32,000 bases of DNA from assembly GCF_049243625.1 (NCBI RefSeq), contig NZ_CP046975.1; one strand, given 5' to 3'. Shown piece after piece: positions 16,395 to 23,961 of the stretch. The stretch is from Corynebacterium amycolatum (lineage in GTDB: Bacteria; Actinomycetota; Actinomycetes; Mycobacteriales; Mycobacteriaceae). How positions within the stretch are numbered: position 1 is the first letter of the stretch; every line of letters starts with the position of its first letter. The position numbers were made by a program, and so were the translations under genes. The notes below the pieces were generated by a model. That model saw only the letters and a list, made by a program, of their open reading frames with translations, was not told the DNA's origin and made no database searches.

Positions 16395-17454
16395 TCCAAT
16401 TCGGAAATCTTCGGGATACGAAACCGGGCTCAATGATCTTCCCGGGCATGCACTGCTGGGAGTCATTGGTCTGCCTGAGTCCGCGCCGAAGAATCCTTGG
16501 CGGCTAATCATACGTCGTTTGAACTACGCCGTGTTTTTGCTGCTGATTGCATCCGTCGTGGTCTACTACGATCACGACGGATACACGGAGCCTCTCACCT
16601 TCATCGATGCGGTGTATTACTCGGCTGTCAGCCTGTCGACGACGGGCTACGGTGACATCACGCCGGTCACACAGAGGGCTCGATTACTCAATATTTTGAT
16701 CATTACGCCACTGCGTGTGGCCTTCCTTGCTCTCTTGGTCGGTACTACTCTGACCGTTTTGACCCAAGAGTCTCGGAAAACCCTGCAAATTCAGCGCTGG
16801 AGGAGACAGTTGCGCAACCACACCGTCGTTATCGGATACGGCACCAAGGGTCGTTCTGCCATTGCAGCTCTTCTCGCGGACGGCGTAGATCCGGCAGAAA
16901 TCGTTGTTATTGATACGGACAAGGAAGCACTCGACCACGCTTCGAATCAAGGCTTGGCGACGGTGCATGGGTCGGCTACTAAATCTGATGTGCTGAAGTT
17001 AGCTGGTATTCAGCGTGCCCGCTCTATAGTCGTTGCACCGAACAAAGATGACACAGCGGTGCTGGTCACGTTGTCTGTCCGCGAGTTGGCACCGGGTGCC
17101 TCAATTGTGGCTTCAGTGCGTGAATCAGAAAACCGCCACTTGTTGACGCAGTCAGGTGCAGACCAAGTGGTCATTTCTTCTGAAACCGCCGGCCGAATGC
17201 TGGGGCTGGCCACGGTGACTCCTTCGGTGGTGGAGATGATGGAAGACCTCCTGAGCCCGGATGAAGGATTCTCTGTTGCAGAGAGGCTCGTCACCGAAGA
17301 GGAAATCGGTGCCAGCCCACGGCACCTCGCGGATATTGCACTCGGTGTGGTGCGCTCGGGTGAGCTGTACCGAATTGATTCACCGGAGTGTGAATCGGTG
17401 GAGCCAGGCGACCGGCTGCTGTACGTCCGCCGTGTCTACAGCAATGACGAATAG
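16387..17454 (+). CDS. cglK: Two-TM potassium channel with C-terminal RCK/TrkA-N domain (MthK/CglK type)
   Basis: Selectivity filter LSTTGYGD sits between two hydrophobic helices. A Rossmann-type RCK domain follows (HTVVIGYGTKGRSA...VVIDTD...). Its position between adnB and uvrD2 matches Rv3200c and C. glutamicum cglK (recalled). TTG 16387 is the only in-frame start codon before the first TM helix. Confidence 0.85.
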   Translation: MRNPIRKSSGYETGLNDLPGHALLGVIGLPESAPKNPWRLIIRRLNYAVFLLLIASVVVYYDHDGYTEPLTFIDAVYYSAVSLSTTGYGDITPVTQRARLLNILIITPLRVAFLALLVGTTLTVLTQESRKTLQIQRWRRQLRNHTVVIGYGTKGRSAIAALLADGVDPAEIVVIDTDKEALDHASNQGLATVHGSATKSDVLKLAGIQRARSIVVAPNKDDTAVLVTLSVRELAPGASIVASVRESENRHLLTQSGADQVVISSETAGRMLGLATVTPSVVEMMEDLLSPDEGFSVAERLVTEEEIGASPRHLADIALGVVRSGELYRIDSPECESVEPGDRLLYVRRVYSNDE

Positions 17455-17510
17455 CACTCGACAAGTTTAAAAATGGGGTCTAACAACTTTTGACTTACTC
17501 AGAGGCGGAT

Positions 17511-19643
17511 GTGAACGAGCCGGAATATCTAGCTGGGCTGGATCCAGATCAGCGTGAGGCAGCCACGGCTCCGATGGGGCCGGTGTGCATTCTTGCCGGA
17601 GCCGGTACAGGTAAGACCCGAACAATTACTCATCGCATCAAGTACCTCATTGACCAGGGGTTTGTGCAGCCGCAAAAGGTATTAGCGGTGACATTTACCT
17701 CGCGTGCCGCAGGGGAGATGCGCGACCGCCTGGCAAAGATGGGAACGCCTGGAGTCCAGGCGCGCACTTTCCACTCGGCATCACTTCGCCAGCTGCGCTA
17801 CTTCTGGCCCCAAGTCGCCGGTGATATGCCCTGGCAGCTGTTGGATGACAAGAAATTCCGTGTTGTCGCCCAAGCAGTACGTCGAGTGGGCCTGGACACC
17901 TCTAAGGAAACAATCCGAGATGTCATGGGCGAGATTGAGTGGGCGAAGGCCACTCTGGCCGGTGCGGATCAGTACCAAGCCGCGCTGCGGGAGCATGGGC
18001 GCACGGCGCCGTTGTCCGCGGAGAAAATTGTCGATTGCTATCGCGCTTACGAGGACATAAAAACCACCCCGGACGGGCTATTGCTCGACTTCGACGACCT
18101 ACTCATTCACACCGCCGGTGCGATGGAGAATTCCCGTGCAGTGGCGGAGGAATTCCGCAACCAGTATCGGTGCTTCGTCGTCGATGAGTACCAGGATGTC
18201 ACCCCGTTACAGCAGCGAGTTCTCAACGCCTGGCTGGGAGACCGTGACAACCTGACAGTTGTCGGGGACGCCAACCAGACGATTTACTCTTTCACAGGCG
18301 CGACTCCGCAATACCTGATGAACTTCTCTCGGGACTACCCGGAAGCCACAGTGGTCCGCCTGCAGCGGGACTACCGATCGACCCCACAGGTCGTCGGGCT
18401 GGCCAACAATGTCATCGGCCGTGCGCAGGGACGTATCGCCGGCTCGCGGCTGAAGCTGATTGGGCAGCGTGAAGACGGCCCGGAGCCGACTTTCAATCAG
18501 TACGACGATGAGCCAATGGAAGCTCGCGCGACCGCGCGCAGCATCAAGCGACTTATCGACGCAGGTACGCCGGCATCGGAGATTGCCGTTTTGTACCGGA
18601 TTAACGCACAGTCCGCAGTTTTTGAGCAGGCTTTGTCCGAGGTAGGAGTCGCCTACCAGGTTCGTGGCGGGGACGGTTTCTACCAGCGTCCCGAGATCCG
18701 CGATGCCATCGCAGCACTTGTGCGAGTTTCCCGTTCCTCACGGACTGTTCCGACATTGCAGGGCACGAATCTGTTGGATTTGGTCAAGCAGGTTTTCGCG
18801 GGTCTTGGCATGACTGACCAAGAGCCGGAAGGCACTGGTGCCAGGGAACGTTGGCAGTCACTGCGCGCCCTATTCGACCTGTGTAAGGACATCGTTCATG
18901 CCAACACCGAGGTCAATATCCAGGCGCTCCTCGGCCAATTGCACACTCGGCAGCAGGCCAAGCATCCGCCGACGCTGGATGGCGTGACGTTGGCTAGCCT
19001 GCATGCAGCCAAGGGGCTGGAGTGGGATGCGGTGTTCCTCGTTGGGCTTACCGACGGTTCGCTGCCTATCCAACATTCGCTGAATAAATTCGACCGATCT
19101 CCTGCACAGGGAGCGGAAGCCATCGAAGAAGAGCGCCGTCTGTTCTATGTCGGCATTACTCGAGCCCGTGAACATCTGGAGCTATCTTGGTCATTGTCGC
19201 GGACAGAAGGCGGCCGCAGGTCACGTCGCCGCACACGATTCCTCGATGAACTCGACATTGATGTCTCTGACTACTCGGCGGAGGCACAGCGAAGCTCAAG
19301 GAGCTCTAGTTCCCGTGGTAAGCGTCAGCAGTCCAAACAGTGCAAGGGCTGCACTAAGCCATTGCACACCGATGCGGAGCGGATCTCAGGGCGCTGTGAA
19401 GAGTGCCCGGTCAGTGCGGATCCTGCGCTACTGGAAGCATTGCGTGCATGGCGCCTGGAAATGTCGAGAGAAATGACTGTCCCCGCATTCGTGATCTTCT
19501 CCGATGCGACCCTTCTGGCCATCGGTGAGCAGCAACCGACTACGCCGGAGGAACTTCTGCAGATTCCCGGAATTGGAGAAGCGAAGCTCAATCATTTCGG
19601 CGAAGGCATCTTGGGAATCGTCAATTCTTTTGTGAATTCCTAG
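17511..19643 (+). CDS. uvrD2: ATP-dependent DNA helicase UvrD2 (SF1 motor, tetracysteine module, C-terminal HRDC)
   Basis: Motifs: LDPDQREA, AGAGTGKT, DEYQDVTP, GDANQTIYSFTGA, LHAAKGLEW, RLFYVGITRA. A CxxC-x14-CxxC module follows (CKGCTKPLHTDAERISGRCEEC, 19341-19406), then an HRDC-like tail (LLEALRAWRLEMSREMTVPAFVIFSDATLLAIGEQQPTTPEELLQIPGIGEAKL). GTG 17511 is preferred (AGAGG 5 nt upstream); TTG 17490 is the alternative. Confidence 0.88.
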   Translation: MNEPEYLAGLDPDQREAATAPMGPVCILAGAGTGKTRTITHRIKYLIDQGFVQPQKVLAVTFTSRAAGEMRDRLAKMGTPGVQARTFHSASLRQLRYFWPQVAGDMPWQLLDDKKFRVVAQAVRRVGLDTSKETIRDVMGEIEWAKATLAGADQYQAALREHGRTAPLSAEKIVDCYRAYEDIKTTPDGLLLDFDDLLIHTAGAMENSRAVAEEFRNQYRCFVVDEYQDVTPLQQRVLNAWLGDRDNLTVVGDANQTIYSFTGATPQYLMNFSRDYPEATVVRLQRDYRSTPQVVGLANNVIGRAQGRIAGSRLKLIGQREDGPEPTFNQYDDEPMEARATARSIKRLIDAGTPASEIAVLYRINAQSAVFEQALSEVGVAYQVRGGDGFYQRPEIRDAIAALVRVSRSSRTVPTLQGTNLLDLVKQVFAGLGMTDQEPEGTGARERWQSLRALFDLCKDIVHANTEVNIQALLGQLHTRQQAKHPPTLDGVTLASLHAAKGLEWDAVFLVGLTDGSLPIQHSLNKFDRSPAQGAEAIEEERRLFYVGITRAREHLELSWSLSRTEGGRRSRRRTRFLDELDIDVSDYSAEAQRSSRSSSSRGKRQQSKQCKGCTKPLHTDAERISGRCEECPVSADPALLEALRAWRLEMSREMTVPAFVIFSDATLLAIGEQQPTTPEELLQIPGIGEAKLNHFGEGILGIVNSFVNS

Positions 19644-19669
19644 TCAGATTCTGCTCAAGGAACTTCGAA

Positions 19670-20605
19670 TTACATGAACTGCATCTGCGAGTTGCCATGA
19701 CCACACACTGGGCACTGCGGGTGGGGAGCAACCGTAGTGCGGGTGATATCGAGGCTTTCCAGATCTATGCGCACCTCTGTCGCACATAGATCTGAGAGGT
19801 CCGGTCGCCGCAGCTGCCCAACCAACAGCGGCACCGCTGTGTTCAGCCATTCCGGTGCGGTCACGGGCGTAAAAGTGCGAAGCTGCAGCGCAATCAGTGC
19901 CCGGACGGGGTCGCGGTCTCGTCGATAAGCTTCGAAACACATCGAGCAGGGCCCTTGACCTGGCTGAACAAGCGGCCCAAGAATCAGTGCTCCATCGCGG
20001 AAATGCGTGTGCAGATGCTCAATTCCACGATGAAACAGAGCGCGAACCAAGGGCATGCTCGGTACTTCCATGCCCGTGACCACCGCGAGCCCGATGTCTT
20101 CCGGCGTGGATTGAGATATTTTCAGCGTCGCATTGCGAGTGGGCGACATTGCCTTCGTCCAACTACCGCAACCCGTGCGACGAAGCTCTTTTAAAAGTCC
20201 AGTGCGCAAACTGTCCCGACCGATCAGCGTAATCCTCCGTCGTGTCGGTGGTTTTTGGACCAGTGCTGCTCGGTGAAGGTCGGAGATAAGTGCTGTAATG
20301 AACTGCGGTGACAGTTTGTCGTGACTGTCAGCAAAGGCCTCGCTTAAGGTGCTACCTCTATGAGCTGCAAGAAGTGCCGAGAAGACAGGCCCCGGCGGGG
20401 TGCCGTCGGAAAGCGGCAGAATCATGCTGCGCTCCGGTTCCACGCCGAACTGAATCCGCGCGCCTGGGCGCATGATAATCGGTATCTCCGGGCGCAGCGC
20501 GTAGTCCGTGGTAGGCGCGGCAAGCGTTTGTGCTGCGGGTGCGTCCGAACCTATTACGCCAGCCGTACCATCCCGCCCCCGAGACGTATCCCTGTATTCC
20601 CCCAT
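19670..20605 (-). CDS. E1-like (ThiF/MoeB-fold) protein with an RRE-like N-terminal region, degenerate nucleotide-binding loop and paired CxxC zinc site
   Basis: The C-terminal half parallels ThiF/MoeB. LAVVTGMEVPSMPLVRALFHRGIEHLHTHFRDGALILGPLVQPGQGPCSMCF corresponds to the D.T.N...R..IN......P......G..G......PG.GPCYRCLF region. A second CPVCG lies 84 aa after the first CxxC, as in the ThiF/MoeB/McbB zinc tetrathiolate. The GxGxxG position reads IGRDSLRTG, and no DxD..SNLxRQ element is visible. The N-terminal YALRPEIPIIMRPGARIQFGVEPERSMIL resembles the wHTH/RRE-like leader domains of ThiF-like scaffold proteins. The start is uncertain (ATG 20605, or ATG 20473 with GGAGA upstream). Confidence 0.6.
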   Translation of the reverse strand: MGEYRDTSRGRDGTAGVIGSDAPAAQTLAAPTTDYALRPEIPIIMRPGARIQFGVEPERSMILPLSDGTPPGPVFSALLAAHRGSTLSEAFADSHDKLSPQFITALISDLHRAALVQKPPTRRRITLIGRDSLRTGLLKELRRTGCGSWTKAMSPTRNATLKISQSTPEDIGLAVVTGMEVPSMPLVRALFHRGIEHLHTHFRDGALILGPLVQPGQGPCSMCFEAYRRDRDPVRALIALQLRTFTPVTAPEWLNTAVPLLVGQLRRPDLSDLCATEVRIDLESLDITRTTVAPHPQCPVCGHGNSQMQFM

Positions 20606-20673
20606 AAAAATATCTTTTACCCCGGGGCCAGCTTTTACGCAATCGCAGGGCAGAGCATATACGCTTAAAAAGC

Positions 20674-21204
20674 ATGAGCACCAAGCGACCTGAGTACGGC
20701 CCGGATGTTGAGGTTCGGCGCTCGAAGCGCCGCCGCCGTACTGTGTCCGCCCGCGCGGAGGGAAACCGAATCATTGTCATGGTTCCGGACGACCTCAGCG
20801 CCGCTGCGGAAAAACAGCAGGTCAATGAAATTGTGGCGCGAGTGCGGAAGAAAGTTGGCAGCAACCTGGATAATTCCGAGCTGGAGCGCCGCGCACGGCT
20901 GCTCTCGCGTACGGTGCTGGAAGATCGCCCGCGGTTTGAGTCAATCAAATGGGTCAAGAACATGTCGCGCAGGTGGGCATCGGTCACCGGCGGCGTCGAT
21001 AGTCCGGGACGTATTCGCATTTCGCACAGGCTTGCCGACGTCCCGGGGTACGTCCTCGACGATGTCATTGTGCACGAACTGGTGCACACTTTCGTCGACG
21101 GGGGTCATACCGAAGAGTTCTGGTATTGGGCGGCAAAAGCCCCGTACCACGAACGGGCACGGGGCTATTTAGAGGCGTATCAGCGCTGGGGAACCCAGAG
21201 CTAA
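20674..21204 (+). CDS. DUF45/YgjP-like zinc metallopeptidase (M48-like zincin)
   Basis: It has the typical DUF45 layout: a basic N-terminus (VEVRRSKRRRRTVSARAEGNRIIVMVP), a late HExxH in VIVHELVHTFVDGGHTEEFW (family pattern HEL.H....NH...FW), and a short C-terminal helix. Confidence 0.8.
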   Translation: MSTKRPEYGPDVEVRRSKRRRRTVSARAEGNRIIVMVPDDLSAAAEKQQVNEIVARVRKKVGSNLDNSELERRARLLSRTVLEDRPRFESIKWVKNMSRRWASVTGGVDSPGRIRISHRLADVPGYVLDDVIVHELVHTFVDGGHTEEFWYWAAKAPYHERARGYLEAYQRWGTQS

Positions 21205-21208
21205 CTAG

Positions 21209-22711
21209 CTACTTATCGTCATCGGTGTCGCCAGAATTGTCCTCGTCGGTGTCACTGTCCTTGCCCTCAGCCGCGCGTTTTTCGGCTTCTTTGCGCAGCT
21301 GCTCTTCAAGCTCTGCGATCGGGTCGAAGTCATCGTTGTCCGAACCGCCAAGAACCGAGTCAATAAAGGCCGCGGGTTCATCCAAATCTTCTGCTACGGG
21401 CAGGAAGTCCGGGTGATCCCAGACCTTGTCACGTTGCTCGATGCCCACAGCGGTGGTCAGGCGGTGCCACAAGTTGGTTGCCTCACGCACCTTGGGGGAG
21501 CCGAGGTCAATGCCGGTGGCCTTCTCCAGCGCCTGCTCAGCACCTTCGGTGGCGCGGCGACGACGCCAGGCTTCATCCAATTGTGCGGCACCCGGTAGAC
21601 GCTCACCGAGGGCATCGGTGACAACCATGTCCACCCACCCTTCGACCAGTGCTAGCAGCGTCTGGAAACGAGTACGAGCATTCTCGTTACGAGAACGAAT
21701 CTTCGGACTCAGATCCATATTTTGCAGCTGACTCATAGCCTCCTGCATACGCTGCGGATCCTGCATGTTCTCAATATCCAGACCGCGGGCGGCCTCTTCG
21801 ATCGCGGAGTAGTCGATGACGATGCCAGCGGCGTACTCCTCGACAGAGGAAATCATGCGTTCAGCCAGCCATGGCACGCGGTCGTAAAGACGTTGGTGTG
21901 CAGCTTCGCGGGCAGTGGCGTAGATAAACAGATCGCGCGCTGGAACCTCGAGTTCCTCTGCGAGAGTAACTAGATGTGTTGGCAGCAGTACCGCCGCACC
22001 AGTGGTGTGTAGCGGCAGCCCGAGGTCAGAACCAGTCAGGCTCGTCTGTGCCAATTCAGCCAGCGCATTCCCTAGCTGAGTACCGAAACTCATCGAGTTC
22101 ATCTGACGCATGATGCCCAGCATCGGGCCCATCATCTCGCGAGCTTCTTCTGGAACGCCCTCGAGGGAGGCATCACTCATGCGGCTGGCGACGGGATCGA
22201 CAAGGCGAGTCCATGTCGACTTGGTGTTCTCCAACCACTGCAGGCTATTCCACGCTTCTACGCGGTTGACACCAGCGGGAAGGGAGGTGACGTCATCTAG
22301 CCACAGTTCGGCCAGGCGCAAGGAATCAGCCAGCGCCTCGCGGGCCGAGTCCTTCACCGGAGCTGGGTTACCAAGACGGGTCCGCGCAACGCGCTCGGCC
22401 GCGTCGTAGTTGACAGGGCCAGAGTTAGACTCCTGGAATCGCTGCCCCATGCCGGAGAACATCTCGCCGAACTGGTTGAGAATATCGCCCAAGTTCGGCT
22501 GTTCTCCTTTGCCAGAGGCGCCGCTGCCGGGCTGCCCGGGGCCGCCGAAACCGAAGCCACCGGCGCCGCCCATGCCACCGAAGGGGAACCCGAAGAAACC
22601 GAAAGGACCGCCCTGGCCGCCCTGACCGCCCTGGCCGGAGTCATTGTTGCCAGCGTCGTCACGATCGTCATCATTGTCGTTCGGACCAAAGCCAAATCCG
22701 TTAGAACTCAT
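21209..22711 (-). CDS. DUF2342/TIGR03624-like zincin-fold protein with Gly/Phe-rich N-terminal and acidic C-terminal low-complexity tails
   Basis: The core (PVNYDAAERVAR...LAELWLD...ATAREAAHQRLYDRVPWL...LLALVEGWVDMVV...) matches my recollection of actinobacterial proteins annotated as zinc-dependent metalloprotease. There is no HExxH in the translation; the closest site is REAAH. SD GGTGGGAG lies upstream of the ATG at 22711. Confidence 0.65.
   Translation of the reverse strand: MSSNGFGFGPNDNDDDRDDAGNNDSGQGGQGGQGGPFGFFGFPFGGMGGAGGFGFGGPGQPGSGASGKGEQPNLGDILNQFGEMFSGMGQRFQESNSGPVNYDAAERVARTRLGNPAPVKDSAREALADSLRLAELWLDDVTSLPAGVNRVEAWNSLQWLENTKSTWTRLVDPVASRMSDASLEGVPEEAREMMGPMLGIMRQMNSMSFGTQLGNALAELAQTSLTGSDLGLPLHTTGAAVLLPTHLVTLAEELEVPARDLFIYATAREAAHQRLYDRVPWLAERMISSVEEYAAGIVIDYSAIEEAARGLDIENMQDPQRMQEAMSQLQNMDLSPKIRSRNENARTRFQTLLALVEGWVDMVVTDALGERLPGAAQLDEAWRRRRATEGAEQALEKATGIDLGSPKVREATNLWHRLTTAVGIEQRDKVWDHPDFLPVAEDLDEPAAFIDSVLGGSDNDDFDPIAELEEQLRKEAEKRAAEGKDSDTDEDNSGDTDDDK
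22608..22637. repeat. 9-bp tandem repeat (CCGCCCTGR x3.3) encoding GQGGQGGQGG on the minus strand
   Basis: Units at 22608-22616, 22617-22625 and 22626-22634, plus a partial unit. The repeat lies inside the low-complexity N-terminus of the 21209..22711 gene. Confidence 0.7.
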
Positions 22712-22841
22712 GCTCCCACCGTACCGGGCAATGACCCGCGTGAGTACTTAAAAGCACCACTTTATTGGCAACTTCGCGCCCAGCGAACAGACACGAACAA
22801 CATTCATCAGGTGTCCAGTAGGCAGATAGCGAGAATGTAGG

Positions 22842-23924
22842 GTGTTATTTGTGAATCGTCGTACCCAAACTCTTGTTGCGGGCGCTGTGCCCATCGCCGC
22901 GTTGGCAACTGTGCTTTCGCTGCCAACGCTGACAGTTCCCTATGCCGCGCAGGGGCCTGGCCCGGTCTTCGACGTCCTCAGCGATGTCGAGGGAAAGAGC
23001 ATTATCTCGGTCAGCGGCAGTGCTGCGGACTCCGAACGCTCTAAGGGCACGCTGGATATGACAACCGTCGCAGTCAGGCATAACCTGACATTGCCGCAGG
23101 TCATTGGCCTGTGGTTTGATCGTGACAACGATATCGTCCCCATTGAGGCGGTCTTCCCTCCGGGCCAGAGCCAGGACGAGGTGGAAGAGGAGAACAAGGC
23201 TGCATTCACCGAGTCGGAGGCCAACGCCACCTCCGCTGCACTGGCACATCTCGGGTTGCCGATGGAAGTCACCGTCGCCTACACAGTGCCGGATAGTCCC
23301 GTCGATGGGCGACTGCATGAAGACGATGTGATTCTCGCAGTGGATGGGGTGGCAGTAAGCAAGCCCGAGCAAGTCAAGGCGATTATTGCCGGACGCAACC
23401 CGGGCGATACTGTCACGTTGAGGGTCAAGCCTGCGACCGTCGATAAGCAGAAGGCTGCTAAGGGCGAGGACTCTGCCCCCGAGAAAGCCGTCGATATTTC
23501 TGTGACACTGGCGGAAAACCCGCATCAAAAGAATGCCGCGCTGCTCGGCGTGGGGATGGGGGCGCAATCCGCGGACGACACCAAAGTTGAGTACCAGCTC
23601 AGCGGCATTGGAGGTCCGTCGGCGGGTCTCATGATGACGCTTGGAGTGATTGACAAGCTGAGTCCAGGCGATCTGACCGAGGGGCAGCACCTCGCTGGCA
23701 CTGGCACTATTGACGCTGCCGGCAACGTGGGCGAAATCGGTGGCATTACACACAAAATCTCGGCTGCCCGAGATGAGGGCGCCGAGATGTTCTTCGTGCC
23801 GGAAGGCAATTGCGCAGAAGCTGTGACTGCCGACCGAGGCGATATGAAGTTGGTAAAGGTCTCTGTGCTTGACGACGCGCTTGCGGCAATCGAAAAGCCG
23901 GAGACCGCGCAGACCTGCTCGTAG
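22842..23924 (+). CDS. PDZ domain plus Lon-like S16 serine protease (YlbL/SdrC type; Rv3194c-like)
   Basis: It has an N-terminal anchor/signal (TQTLVAGAVPIAALATVLSL) and a PDZ-like segment (DVILAVDGVAVSKPEQVKAIIAGRNPGDTVTLRV). The Lon S16 catalytic Ser motif is GIGGPSAGLMMTLGVIDKL, and the Lys region is GGITHKISAARDEGAEMFFVP. The start is GTG 22842 or GTG 22851 (AGGGTG 6 nt upstream). Confidence 0.85.
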   Translation: MLFVNRRTQTLVAGAVPIAALATVLSLPTLTVPYAAQGPGPVFDVLSDVEGKSIISVSGSAADSERSKGTLDMTTVAVRHNLTLPQVIGLWFDRDNDIVPIEAVFPPGQSQDEVEEENKAAFTESEANATSAALAHLGLPMEVTVAYTVPDSPVDGRLHEDDVILAVDGVAVSKPEQVKAIIAGRNPGDTVTLRVKPATVDKQKAAKGEDSAPEKAVDISVTLAENPHQKNAALLGVGMGAQSADDTKVEYQLSGIGGPSAGLMMTLGVIDKLSPGDLTEGQHLAGTGTIDAAGNVGEIGGITHKISAARDEGAEMFFVPEGNCAEAVTADRGDMKLVKVSVLDDALAAIEKPETAQTCS

Positions 23925-23961
23925 TTTTGCCGTAGCCCTTACGGGCAGCAGGTAGTTTCAG

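Noticed and set aside
23928-23947. Small hairpin TGCCGTA-GCCCT-TACGGGCA between the convergent PDZ-Lon and AGCS genes, considered as a bidirectional terminator.
   Set aside because: The stem is only ~7 bp with a bulge, and no U-tract follows it in either transcription direction. That is too weak to call.
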